The notes below the pieces were generated by a model. It saw only the letters and a list, made by a program, of their open reading frames with translations. It did no database searches and had not been told where the DNA came from. Shown in pieces: positions 12,101-24,680 of a stretch of 64,000 nucleotides of DNA. The translations under genes and the position numbers were made by a program. The DNA comes from Takakia lepidozioides (taxonomy: Eukaryota > Plantae > Bryophyta), in the NCBI GenBank assembly GCA_030704615.1, contig CM060731.1, forward strand, positions 4,898,001 through 4,962,000, written 5' to 3'. Each line of letters starts with the position of its first letter. The first letter of the stretch is position 1.

Positions 12101-14106
12101 TTTAAACTCAGGGCAGGGAGTCTATCATTGAACAATAAACAGATGCAGAGAGGAAAGGAGATTGTCAATGCCCGATGTGCGGACAGCTTGATGATAATAT
12201 CCATTTCCCGATACAATGGCTCATAGGAGAGCAGCCCTCTTCAGGATCATCAAGAACATAGTCCCTGCACCTCTGTTCACCAACTTTCCAAATCTGGAGG
12301 CGCAGCCTAAAGCAGTGAGCTTGTTGGGGTCTAACTGCTGGGCAGACCACACACAACAGATTGATGCTGATGGAAAGGGCTTTCTAGAGGAAATCTGGAA
12401 AGCCTGAACAAATTGTTTAAATCATGGTAGTGGAGGGAGCCCTCACAAATGTAGTGTCTGTTCCCTTTTGTTGTACCCAAACTGGGCACAGCAACTCGTC
12501 ACAAGGCTCATATCCCTTAGGCTCTTTGGGCCTCCTGCGGACATGATAAATTTCTAGGTTCTTTCTTGCTCTCTCTCTGTCTTGTCTGAGCTCCTTCAGC
12601 TTTCGATAAACTGTAGCATTCAACTATCAGGAAATGTTTGCTAGCCTCACCATCATCCTCACTCATCAGATGTGTGGATTCTCCTGTACTCAGCTGGGTC
12701 AAGTCACTGAAAGAGGTACAAGCCTACCTTATTTGACTGTCAGAAAGGCGCTTTGTAAAGGGTACACCAGAAGCATTGAACATTTACAATTGCACAGTCA
12801 AAGTCTGAGAAGCTCTACAGGGAGAAGAGAAGGGGAAATAAAAAATGGGGCCTATTTCTATTGAGGAGAGCTTGCTCCAGTTCTGAAACTCATTGTTATA
12901 AATGAAGTTCATTCTGGCCTTCCAGATTTTCTGGGGAAACCTCTTCACCACAGCTTCAATTTACGTCGATATTCAGCCCATAATACATATGCAAGGAGCC
13001 TGGCCAAACGTCTGAACAGTATGATGAAAGATCTTTGAATTGGATATGAATTTTCGTTGGTAAAGGACACCTCCTTCAGGAAATTTATCACACAAGATTG
13101 GAGGTGGGTTGCATGGAAGGCCAGCTTATGATTGCACCTTTCATTCTGTTTGACAGGATCGTGAGGTGGTAAGAGTTATAGTGGAGTGCTGCCTTCAGGA
13201 GCAGCTCTTCAACAAGTACTACGCTCTACTTGCCATCAAGCTGTGTCATTCCGACAAAAACCACAAGTTTTCTCTTCAGGTGCTTTCCCTAGCTGGATGT
13301 ATGGCCTTCCTCTGTCTTGCTGATTGTTGCATTTTTGGCATTTGCTGTGGATGGTTCTATCGCACAAGAATGTTTGTATGTCCACTGCGATGCCCATGGT
13401 AGGGTGAAGAGTTTAGTCATGCTTATCATCTTGGTTCCAAAATCTGGGTGCCCTATCAAGGGTAACCTGTCCGTCTGTCCACGCCCTTCCCAGCCCCTGC
13501 CCTGCCCTGCCCTGTCCTTTCTCTTCTGCTGGGGCTGCTTTTGGCTGTGGTTTTGTCTCTTCTTGTCCCATAAGCTCTTTAAGCTTTCCGTGGACTTCAT
13601 GGGAAAAGAATAGACTTGTAGCTTTTATCAGGTTTGGATTTGTTTTACTGAGTGGGTCACTGGTGGTGGTACAGTATTGTCTCTGGGATCATTTCAAACA
13701 GCTGGACTCAATGGACGTAAGGCGCAGCTCAAATCTGGCACAGCTCACGGCTTCCGTCGTTGGCTCATTTGCACTGTCTCTGGCAGTCCTGAAGGCTGTT
13801 GATTTTAGTGACCTGCGAGTGATGACATCCAAGGTTGTGCTGCATTTTCGGGTGGTTTTAGAGCACCTGTTGACTGAAAACTCAGATGACATTGTGTGGG
13901 GTGTCTTTTCCCGCATAGCAGCACCCCCAGAGCTAGCAGCCCTCAGAGATGGGCTAGCACTCTTTTTACACCAGCATGTCTTGACTGTTGATAGCAGTAA
14001 ACTGAAAGCTAAGAAGGGGGAGTCTGAAAAGGGTCAACTGCTGCCCAATAGATGCCGCCTGGCAAAGAAAGCCTTGGCAAATGTCACTGGTGTGCTTTTG
14101 AAGTGA
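6119..14106 (+). CDS. NOM1: Nucleolar MIF4G/MA3-domain protein (NOM1/SGD1-like), 3' part. Exons ~6119-6201, 6494-6630, 7281-7382, 7700-8011, 13157-13279, 13675-14106. Upstream exons not found, probably left of the window
   Basis: GT-AG, phase-consistent exons translate to ELVYEVLDSL..CGMGLRADDPSSMKEF..QFMLDMICDIKNNK..KGQWW..QRMNTDARRSVFCIVMSGEDYIDAFEKILRL..DREVVRVIVECCLQE..YCLWDHFK, which are characteristic NOM1/SGD1 motifs. The acceptor of the first exon is approximate. Confidence 0.88.
6803..6870 (-). mobile_element. 68-bp family A 3'-end mini-insertion (NOM1 intron)
   Basis: Exact LINE terminal 68 nt. 16-bp TSD TGTGGAGAGGGAAAGA at 6787-6802 and 6871-6886, next to a (GA)n tract. Confidence 0.94.
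8041..11660 (+). mobile_element. LINE family A copy 3, near-full ORF (EN-RT-CCHC) with frameshifts, in a NOM1 intron
   Basis: ORFs 8091-9863, 9944-10291 and 10230-11654 together give a complete EN (LATFN..QETW..GDFNA..SDH), RT and zinc knuckle. Lesions near 9540, 9760 and 10265 relative to copy 1. TSD CTCTCCCTGA at 8031-8040 and 11666-11675. It sits in the (TC)n tract just after the donor at 8012. Confidence 0.93.
11670..12510 (+). mobile_element. Two older, diverged family A 3' fragments stacked head-to-tail (~11670-11995 and ~12020-12510)
   Basis: Both start near AACT(T)GTTTCCAGTCTGTGACATGGG and encode degraded DDLKGLPTLGT.LKFKLRAG..C..CGQ.ED.IHF. Confidence 0.85.
13520..13600 (+). mobile_element. 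LINE family B 3'-UTR fragment
   Basis: GGCTGCTTTTGGCTGTGGTTTTG...TTGTCCCATAAGCTCTTTAAGCTTTCCGTGGAC matches the family B 3' end. Confidence 0.75.
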
Positions 14107-15195
14107 CAGTAGTGTCCTTGGTGGGATTGTTTCCAACTACATGCCTCTAGAAATGCTAATGAGCTGCAGCACTAATTTCGATTGAAGAATGGTCTGGCTT
14201 CCAGGTGCACCTGTAAAGATGTAGTCATTTCAACAAAAAAGAGTGCGCTGAAGATCTGTCATAGTGTGTCACCCTTTCTGCTCTCACCTTCACAGGACGA
14301 ATAGCCAATCTACACAGATGACTTCAACAATATAGACACAGTAAGAGGCAGGGAAGACGCATGGCATTAGTCCTGCAAGCGAGTTGTGGGAGCTGGTTAC
14401 TTAGTTACAGCTACCTTCAACTCCACATTGTGTGTTAATGTTGATCAGAACACCTGGATGGGTTGATGCAATGTTGTTCATATTGAGATAATCTTTGCAG
14501 AATCTCCAACTGGGGTAATGAATCCATGGTAAACGGGAGACTTCTTGCAAAGGTGTGCCCTTCACTCACTCCATTTCCATCCACCTGGTGGTATTTGAGC
14601 ATACTCTACTCCATTGCATTGGGATTTTAATGTCACACCACTGATGGCACTAAGATGAGAAGACAATTCAATACCAGTTCGCACATGCACTGCCTTGAAC
14701 ACCTACAGCAACAGCTACTAAAGCTCTGTGATACAAGTATCTGTGTGAACTGCCAACAATATAACCCTATCCATGCAACTACAATACCCCATTGAAGCAG
14801 CTTGTTTTACTGGACTTATACTAGAAGCAGCCTTCTCCATATCCACTCGTGCCACCAGTCCTTGAGAACTGTTGAGAAAATGAATGGTCGACGCATCCCT
14901 GGTTCTATTGTGCGAAGTTTAGTAGCCATGGCTATCCGATTTAGCATGAAAATCACCTGTAAAGAAATCGTCAAAACAGGAGCCCGAAGCAATAGAAGGA
15001 AGGAAAGGACTTGGAGATGCCTTCTTGCTCTTGTTGCATCCTCCGGTAACCTATGACAGGGGGATAAAGTGTTCAAGTGGAATTAGAATATAAAAAGGAC
15101 CACAATGCCTCTCGTTCTAGCCACCACTCCCCCTTCTCTAGGCCCAGTATTGCCTCTTGAAATTGCAAGGCCCTGTGCTGTGCAGCACCCCAAAC

Positions 15196-16919
15196 TCAAG
15201 TCTCCATATCCGCTGGTCCATCATCATCAGCTCCAACTGCAATACCTCTTGACCCTGCACCATCTTGTCGAATATTCACACCCTGCCCATCATCCACACC
15301 CACATCTGGCACACTTTGCTCCTCCTTTGTCTCATCCAACTTATCAATGTAAGCCTGTAGTGCCTTCGGATCTAACATAACAAAGGATTGGTTGATCCCC
15401 ACAATGGCAACACCACAGTTGCTGCTGCTTAGCTCCTCTTCTTGCAGTGATTCCTTCACAGCAATGAGGGCATGGCGGATCAACTCTTCCATTGAGCACT
15501 CCATAAAGCTCTCATATTTGCGCTCAAGATAAGTCTTTGCAGCCTGTGAACGCGACCCAATGGCAAAAGCCTGATACTCAAAATAGTTGCCAGAAGGGCA
15601 ATTCTGGTAGAGATGTGGCCCTGTTTCATCCAATCCAGCGACCAACAACCCAACTCCATATGGCCGCTTCCATGACCGTTGTGTGCACACCTACAGACAC
15701 ACCAACAAGATACACAACAGCCTCAGTTCATCAACTGCAGCTTATCCTGATGTTCCAAGTCCTTGCTGAAAGCACTAGAAAAACCCCAGTTGTGGCTCCT
15801 TCGCCAAAGCTTGATTGGTGGGAGATAAACACATATATACATGCCCAATTAAAAGAGGATGTACTTCCGAGTGTAATTCCTTGGTCTACCTAGATGTCAA
15901 TGAGCTTGCTGTGTACACCCACCCAGTTGGAAACAGTTTTACAGGGATGGAGTTGGGTAGGATGCACCCAAGAGGGCTAGGTTATTGATTGATAGCTACA
16001 AGTAACCTGCATAGATAGATGGTCAACTCGAAGCAGCAGTAGAGCCACAGTTTATAAAATCAGGCACCTCCACCATGACCACAGCTTCCGAAAGAGGACC
16101 AACAGAGGGCGTCTATAAGACCTCACTTACCGCACTTACAAGTTTGTTATCACACTAACTTCACCGTTTGCGAAAGAAAGCAATTTTCTTCAGTCACAAT
16201 CCATTTACAGATGCCACTGCTCTGAGTCCTAATTTGACTACAAAGCCAGTACTTGTCTTCCCGGGAATGGAGCCACCATCACAGCAAGCTCCCTTGTCAA
16301 ACGTTTCAGAGAAGAATTCTACTCCTGGATACCTCCTGTATGATATACCTCCGAGGATATAGAAACACTAACCCTTCTCAAGGCATGCATGTGATTTCCA
16401 ACCACCAGGCTATGGCATTCTGAAACGCAGCCCTAAATTCTTATGGCGCTTGCGGCAGTTGATGAGAATCCGGTGACAAGGGACTGGCTAGGACTGAAAT
16501 AAGATATAGGATGTTACAGCCCTCTTCCTACACCCGGATGAGAGACGATGGAGGAAGAGATCCCATACCTGCGCCTTGTCTGCCACTTGGACCACCAGGC
16601 GCCCAACAGGAAGCGGTGACTCGTACACGAAATTGTGGTTTATGCACTCGGATCGCATGTACCGAGAAAGCACACGACCGTCTGCAGTGAGCCCCGCCAT
16701 GGCAATACCAATATGGTTGTCGATCTTAAAGATCTTTTTTTGATGAGAGGACAGCTCCGATGATGCCTTGTTCACCGTTGCAAGCACAGCGTGAGTCCTG
16801 GACCGCAGGCCGATGGCCGCGCTCCCCTGCTTCACTGCCTCCATGGCGTATTCCACCTGATGCAGCCTTCCAGCTGGACTCCAGGTGGTCACATCCGTAT
16901 CATATTGGTTCCTAAACAT
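15196..16919 (-). CDS. PAF1: 20S proteasome alpha subunit F (alpha-6 / alpha type-1). Exons 16919-16569 and 15690-15196, 281 aa
   Basis: [33 protein letters not shown]...DKAQ|[19 protein letters not shown]...[16 protein letters not shown]; single phase-0 GT-AG intron. Confidence 0.96.
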
Positions 16920-19900
16920 CCTCACCTGCTCAAAGCTTTCTCCGCTCTGTTAGAATAAGACTACGGATTCAAGAGTGCCGGACACCAGACAATCACCCAG
17001 ATGGAGTGAGAGACAGCTGACTTCTGCCCAAATTCCAATTGGGTGTCTGTGCCACTCGATGCCAGAAGTGAGATGGCTACAGTGTACAGACTCTTCGGCC
17101 TGGCGTGAAGAAGAAGATCAGACGGAGTGAGTATTGCACTTCTCCATCCTTTTAAATGCTTTGCAGGGTTACAACTTTACCGATGCTTGTGAAAATCATT
17201 CCTGTAGTCCCAACATTTCAGGTGGCCAATGGCAACAAAATTTGCATGTGAGTGGTCATTAGTCAATACAACCAAGTCTCTTGTGTACCAACATGCAGGG
17301 AAATGGATGAGGGAATTGCAATTTTCAACCAAATTTTCAGACAATGCTTGCAGAGTTGAAGTAAGTCAGGCTTAAATTGCACACTGAGGTAAGAGAAAAC
17401 TGGCTCACCCACCATGGTTTTTCAAAAGGGTGGCACTGCTACATGTACATAAACTGTTAGGGTTTCGGATCGGTAACAGGAGTGATACAATACTTTGCAA
17501 CGGGAAATGGGATGGTGGCAGTTTGTCTTTCGGCTGCACCCATCTGTCGTTGAGAGTCTTGGATTGCTTGGTTGAATGTTTGTTAAGGTGAAAGGCACTT
17601 GGAAGCTAACCTGAAAATTTTATGGGCGCATCAGCACAGTCTAGTGCAGAAATTCCTTCAGTTAATGAAGGCAGTTTGGGTGAGCGAGAGCCGGGGGGCA
17701 AGGAAAGGATGTATGGGGTGCATCTGAACTAGCCACAGACAGAGGCCTCGGCCAAGTCTAGCAAAGAATCATTGGGCGTGCCAGGCAGTGGGGCAGCAAG
17801 ATGTTGCCAGCTGATTCCAGACTGGGCCATTTTTTCTTCACAGTTAAGAATCCAGGGGGATAATCTTATCGCCTTCAATCGCTACTTCTTCCGGGGCCCG
17901 ATTGGTCGACATTATGTCACCTTAGCTGGTCTGAAGATCGAGCTACATGTCAAAGAATTCGAGCAGGGGCTGTTGCGGAAGCGAGGAAGCGGCCGCGATT
18001 CTTCGCCTCAACGTGCCTCCCCTCAACTTCGAGCTTCAGTGGCGGGTGTGGCGGGGTGGTTCAAGTAACGATGCGCTATGTTTTGGGCTTTACCAAGACT
18101 TCATGGGTCAGCCGCATTCCAGGTAACGATGGAAGAATCCATCAAGTACAATTATCTAAAACTGGATGGCTGGATGTCTTCTCAGCTACATGCTTCAAAG
18201 TCTCCATTTTAAAATCCTTTGTTCGAATTGTTGAGTTTTGGACCCAAATCTTAAGGCACGTCTGGATAGCAATGCAACCTTGCTCTCAATGTGGCAGAAG
18301 CTTTGTGGTGCATTGGCTCTGGTAAAGAGCGTTCTTAGAAATGCTGGAGGGTCAGAATCACTTTCACTGTAAGATCATGGAGTGAGCCTCTGTGATGGCA
18401 GGGACACTGCAGATGTATGCAAACGGCATCCAAGCCAGGAACCCAGTATTATATAATTCCCCCAAAGAAGTTCATACGGCCCACGAGTTTGGACCTTCAT
18501 TTTGGTTTCTAATTGTCTTCCAGGTGTTTACCCTATGAAAGCCCTCAAACTAAATTGCTAGACATATTTCAGGTTGACAGCTCTTTTGGCATATAGGGGA
18601 GTGCATCGTCCAGAGAGTTGGTTGCCCCCATTCTTCAGTACTGCAGGTGGTGATATGCAACACCCATGAATGAATGTGTACATTCTCTGGAGATGGATAG
18701 TAGTTTATGGCCAATATGTGGATTTGGATCGGCACTTTTGAATTACATGTTGATCTACAGGGTGATACGAAACATTGCGACATCATATCCACTGCAAAAA
18801 GGCCTACCTCCCATTGCCTAGAGCATGTTATTAAGATGAAAAAACCTATTCTTGCAGAGAAACACTGGTGGTTTCTAACTGACCATGGATTATATACACT
18901 AGTTTATATGCACTGGTTTTTCCTGCGTTCAGATTTGAGTTTCAGGCAGTTGCTGTCTTGCTCTTTGTTCCCACAGGTCTTCTTGGCTCTAACTGTAAAC
19001 TTACAAGGTATCAACATAGATTAGATCCAAAATTGTTGTTAAGATTGTCTCAACCTTATCAATATTCTGAGACGTAAGATTGGTTAAAAGAATAAATATT
19101 CCTTGAGAGATTGAGCACTCTTGAATGTGAGTGCCCACAGAGAATGTACATAGAGGTAAATAGGTAAACTTCACAATGTCCACCAAAATGTAGTGGTCAA
19201 GAATGCATACCAAAGAAGTAATCAGGTACTACATAGGTCTAAGCGAGTATGGCACAAACCCGAGGAGAGAAAGAGAGACAGACATTGTGGCTGCTATCTC
19301 TTATCTTAGTGCTGATTGTAGATTGAAGTATGGATTCCCAATATTTAATGATGTTCTGACGCTGATATGGAATGCTCAAGAAATGCTTCTGTACATGGCC
19401 CTTGCCTTCATTGCTTGCCATCCAGCTGTGAGTTCCAACATTTGAGCTGTACTCTTGCCAGTAGAGCAGCTCAGATTTCACGTGAATCTACCCGGTGGAC
19501 CACACATCTTCCCGTAGCTACCTGTAGCATTCTTCTCCAGACTAGAATGCTTTCAATGGAAAGCCAGATCTAGATACCGAAGGCCCTCAAATGTGATAAT
19601 ACTGAGAATCGTTCTCAGGATCCATGTTTTGCAGTAAATGATTCAAAGAAATGGATGCTACTGATGGGTCGGCAACTGGACTACTATTGAAATTGGCATT
19701 GGCACTTGGCCTTCTTGTCATCATCACCCCCAAGGAAGACCATAGGTACATTGGCATTGTGATTTACCTATAGCCAATGGTCACTAGCACGCTGACCATT
19801 GGCTCTAGCCTCTTCCTTTGCAGGGTCTTCAGGACTTTCTGAACTTGTGATCTGCTGCCAATGCAATTCTCAACAAACAGTATGTCTGTTGAATTCTCTA

Positions 19901-20335
19901 TGGGTTATCACCTGCAGTTGATCCTGTGATAATTTCTGCCCATAGCCTAGGTACCACTGCAGGTTTGGATCCTACAGAAAGAGATATTCTGTAACAACTG
20001 ATTAAGCATTCTTGGCTTGCAAATGCACTCTAGATACGGGCTCTTGTAGCACTACCACAAATGAAGGTGTGCTGAAACGAAAGGAGAGCCATCATTAGAG
20101 CGCTGTTTGGGACAATCTGTCTGCAGTAAGATCAAGTTGAACAAGTGTCCACTAGAACTATGACTTTGATCAATGCCACCCATATGTTCTTACAAAACTT
20201 CTGCTCACGGATGCTCTGTCTCTGTAGGCACTAGTCGCAGTCTATGTGTTACCATCTATTTTCAAAGGGCAGATTTTTTGACAATTTCAGGAAGTCTCAC
20301 AGTTCACAGGTGCTATATAGTGACCTTCTTATCTT

Positions 20336-21704
20336 TTGCGTTGTTCCCCCCCACTCCCCAGTTTGTGGATTCTGTCTTCTTCTAATACGACTGTTAGGGG
20401 GATTTTTGGTCGTCTATTAGGCCCAGGTGCATTTGATAGTGAGCGGGGGCCCTTGGCATGTTGTCAGGCTACCCTCCCGATCTCTTCTGGAGGAGTGGGT
20501 TTACTATCCACAGTCGTCACTGCCCCTGCTGCCTTCCTAGGTAGTTGGGCTTTAGTCGCTCCAGCCTTGGCATCTCGGTTTCTATGTCAGCAACGCCCTT
20601 TTCTCATGGAGGTGGTTGCCCACATCTCTTTGTCCTTCCAGCAACATCTTCGTTCAGCGCGGGATCTCATCCCAACACCAGCACGGGCTTGTTTGCCACC
20701 CTTTGAACAGTTGGTCATTCAAGGTCTGGAGTATTTACAGGATACCATCATGGAACGCGTGCACCGACACTCATTTGCCAGCATGCTTTCCAACGCTCCT
20801 TCAGATGCACATCGGGCCAGATTTCTCTCGTGCGTAGGGCCCGGAGCAGGTGCGTGGCTCACGGTACGACCAACCATTGCACCCTTTCGTATGTCTTCTG
20901 CTGTATTTACCACCTCCCTACGAGTTCGACTGGGTCTTCTGCATCCCTCTGTGTTAGGACTACAACAGTGTGTTTGTCGCCATCTTCTCGATTCACTCGG
21001 TGTACATCTTCTTCGTGGCCCCTGCAGTGGAGAACGCAACCCATGACGTCGTCCGGGATGTAGCAGCTGCGGTTGCTCGTGATGCTGGGATACATGTCAT
21101 TCGAGAGCAGGTGCACATACTCCTATCGACCCACGATCACCATTCTATTCGACGACGGGTTGACATTGTTGTCATCGCTGATCCTACTAGGTCGGATCTC
21201 CTGCTCCGCACATCCGCGGACGTTGTCATCGCTGATCCTACTAGGTCGGATCTCCTGCTCCGCACATCCTCATCACCGGGGGTTGCCGCTTTAGTAGCTG
21301 CGCAGGGAAAGGAGCATGACTATCGGGCACGTCATTCTACATACACATTCCTTCCTTTGGCAGTCGAGATCTTTGGTTGTTTGCATCATTAATTCAACGA
21401 GTTCCTTCGCACATGTGCCCATCGTGCAGCGGAAAACAAAAGCTTTGGAAGTCCGTACGCCTCTGTTCTTGTAGCTTTCTTTAGACAACGAGTTTCTGTT
21501 GCTTTGCAAAATGCTCAAGTCTTGACTGAACCAAAGCTCATAGAGCTAGATATATTAACACAAAGAAAGAAATCAAACTATTCTAGTATCACCTACAGCC
21601 TTAAGAAGGTCAGACAACAGGAAAGAGGGTGGATCAGAGAGTGCGGGGAGGCGAGATGAAGCCGCCCCAGCAACCTTTGCCCGACGTAAAATAGATTGAG
21701 CTTG
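20336..21704 (+). mobile_element. 5'-truncated CRE-like (R2-superfamily, RLE endonuclease) non-LTR retrotransposon remnant; 21520-21700 inverted
   Basis: Translates LPISSGGVG, RARFLSC.GPGAGAWL, CVC..LD.LGVHLL..C, (R)HDVVRD, RRVDIV..ADVV, K..DY, FLPLAVEIFG and RQRVSVALQNAQ, i.e. thumb, CCHC and PD-(D/E)xK RLE motifs. Internal ~50-bp tandem duplication near 21167-21269. Confidence 0.8.
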
Positions 21705-22639
21705 TTTTGGATGGTTATCATCCATTGTCACATCCATTTTGGAACGCATGCTGACAGAAAAAGAAGGAACACATGGCATGAAGTGATTTTTTTTTAGGGT
21801 ACCTAGTTTAGTTCCAGACCGAATGAGGATAGTTGATGAGGATTTGGAGGTGAATAAGGGCCCTATGAGATATAAATTTATTAGAATGAGTGTAGGTCCG
21901 TTCTCTTTGGATTGTGGGCAGGAGCCCGTTTGGTGCCTCGTGCTGCTTTGATGGGAATGATTGTGTGTGCACCTTGCTTTTACGATTTGGGACAAAGAAT
22001 CGAGGGATGCTAAGACAATTCTGTATATGGATTCAATGTAAGTTACTTCTCGCACGGGTTATACTACTAATTTGCTTCGGAATTAGAGTGATGCGGTCAT
22101 GGCTTTTTAGTCTTTAAGTTCTGCATGGATGAGCAGCCACATGGGAGCAATTATGGCCAATGACCCTAAAAACCTCAACCCCAAACCCTATACTTTGCAC
22201 CCTAATTGCGAAACAACATCACCTCTTATCCTGAAGTTGGAGTTTTTAATATTTGGTGAGATTCCCAATGATATGGTGGCGTTCATAACTTGATCTCTAC
22301 CTGCAAAAGGCTTCCAACGTTGTTTGTGTCAATATTTGTGAAGTCTGTCCTTTTCTCTCTTTTTCTCGCACCTGGTAACTGGATTGGTATTGAAATCTCA
22401 AGCATCGCTCCTTGTCTCTTTTTTTTTTTTTTTTCTTTGCTTTGTTATTGGGTTTTGGGTAACACATATGAAAGACTGGAACATAAATTATAGCATACAT
22501 GCTTATCTTATAAGGGAGTTTAATCAATTATTCTATACCAATCCTTGCTAATAATGTAGTCCTTAAACTGAAAGTTTCGTTTTAGAGTTGATCCAAAGTG
22601 CTTCTTGACTAACTTGATTGATCTACGTTCAAGTTCATG

Positions 22640-22712
22640 CCATCAGCCATAAGCAATTTATCATCAGCCATAAAACAATTTGCCATCAGCTATAAGCAAT
22701 CGGCTATCAGCA
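22640..22712. repeat. ~21-bp minisatellite, 3-4 units
   Basis: CATCAGCCATAAGCAATTT-like units in tandem. Confidence 0.7.
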
Positions 22713-23489
22713 AGGTTACTTGGTATTTGCCAAAGTGACAAAGCAAAAGCTTCATCAGCTCATCAATGATTACATATTAAACTCTTTATTTATCAATTTT
22801 TGAGTTGCGATTTGTCTGATATGACATTATTAATATTGTAATAATGTAATTATACATAAATCATGGTTTCAATAATGAATCATAAACATTTTGTTAGTTT
22901 CTCTAAATTTTTTTTATATGTAACATAATAAATTTATTCTTTTAGTTTTTCTATATAATTATGTTTTAGAAAATAAAATGTGTTCATTAATATTTTGGCA
23001 ACGTCGGTTCTTAAGTCAAATGATCTTTACGTGGTTGTTTATTCAATGAGCTATTATGCCCAAGTTTTTATTTGAGCTAATTTTGCTCAATTGGCTTAAA
23101 TTAGTTCTAAGTAGCAATGATTCAAGTCATAGTACCAAAATAACAACTAAAGATAATTTAGTTGAGCATCCAATTATGCTATAGTCATCTCAGCTAATTT
23201 TGCTCAATTAGCTTCAATTAGCAGTGACTCAAGTAAGAATGTTCGTATAGCCACGTGGCAATAACTTAGCAAAAAATAAATAAATTTTTCATAACATTCT
23301 AGATGTATTAAATTTTTTATAAAATGAAGCACCAAGATTTTGCTCAACAATTTTATAGGATATTTTAATATCAACCTTCATAAACCTAACAATGAATCTA
23401 ATCATTCATGACAAATCACCATTTCCATCTTCCCTGACATCTTACATTCAAAGAATCTACAATAACTTATAATTTTCAATTAGATAATA

Positions 23490-23925
23490 TCAATATATCA
23501 AGTGAGGTAGTTTGTCTGTTTGGTTTTGTAGGGTCGTTGAGATCTCCCAAACTGTAAGGCTTCTGTCCGTGGTCTTGATACTGCTAGACAACCCTCACCG
23601 AGGCGGTTTCATAATTTTTGGATTTGGGCCATGTGGGAGATATTGAATTTCAAGTACTTTTTGTCACTGAAAAATTCATGAAAAGTAGCAAATTGGGTTT
23701 GTCTCTAATATAAAAATGGCAGTAGATTATGTGCTCAAAAGTAGAGGCCACATTACTATGGATTATTGCAACCACACAACATTATTTGTCTAGAGTAGAA
23801 GAAGCATATTGGATCGACCACAATTTCCCTAGCATTTAGTCTCCCGAATTATTTTGTCAATCATTTCACAAAACTATGCGAAATTCATAACTTATGCGAG
23901 GGCAGGGCTCGCATGTAACCATGCA
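23490..23925 (+). mobile_element. Possible non-autonomous Helitron-like remnant
   Basis: AT-rich segment ending in a 7-bp GC hairpin ATGCGAG/CTCGCAT at 23894-23914. The canonical CTRR end was not seen. Confidence 0.3.
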
Positions 23926-24469
23926 TTTGTTTTAAGACATATTTCTTCAAAATGTGTCATAAATATGTTTGGTACATTTATAAATTAAAATAAAATCTGA
24001 GTTCCATTCTTCAATATCAATTCTTAAACATGTTAAGAAAAGTAAGGCTCATAGATCAATATAGCATGGATGTGTTGGAGGTGGCCTAAATATGATGTCT
24101 CCCAAATGAAGCGTAAATTGTGGCGTCATTGGACCCCAAGGGCCACGGCCTTCTGGTAGATAAGTGGACACTTGGACACCTTTGTGGCACCAATCCGTGG
24201 GTTGAACCCACAACCACTTTTGAGGTGGTATGTGCCCAGTACCACACTTGGCTATAACTTGGTTGTGGAGATGACATACCCCCTACTCCTCCCCTCTACA
24301 CAAATTGCAAAACAAACCAGATCTTAGGTGGACCCCACATGCCCCACCTTAAGCAAACAGAAAACCAAATGCAAAGAGAGAGGAGCAGTAGTACCTACTT
24401 AAGAGAAGAGAATAGGAGGGAGATTCATAGCATTTTAATTTTTCTAGGAATTATATGTATATATATAAA

Positions 24470-24680
24470 TTAAAACCTGGACCTGACCTGCTACACTGGC
24501 CCATGAGTAGCGGTGTAGACCTAACAAGCGGGTAGGGTTATGGGTCTATTTTAGAAATGAACTGGTGTCCGGGTCCGAGTTTCTGGTGATGACCGGGTCC
24601 GGGTATAGGCTCGGTAAACCCGGACCCTAACCCGCCGGGTACTGGGGTCAAAACCCGGACACTGGAACCCGATACTGACT
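24470..24680. repeat. ACCCG/CGGGT-rich array resembling hAT subterminal repeats
   Basis: Many CCGGGT/ACCCG motifs in both orientations. No TIR/TSD pair was resolved. Confidence 0.4.

Noticed and set aside
24073-24300. Second TRIM copy (starts TGTTGGAGGTG)
   Set aside because: Similarity is limited to the first 11 nt, with no tRNA segment, PBS or matching end.
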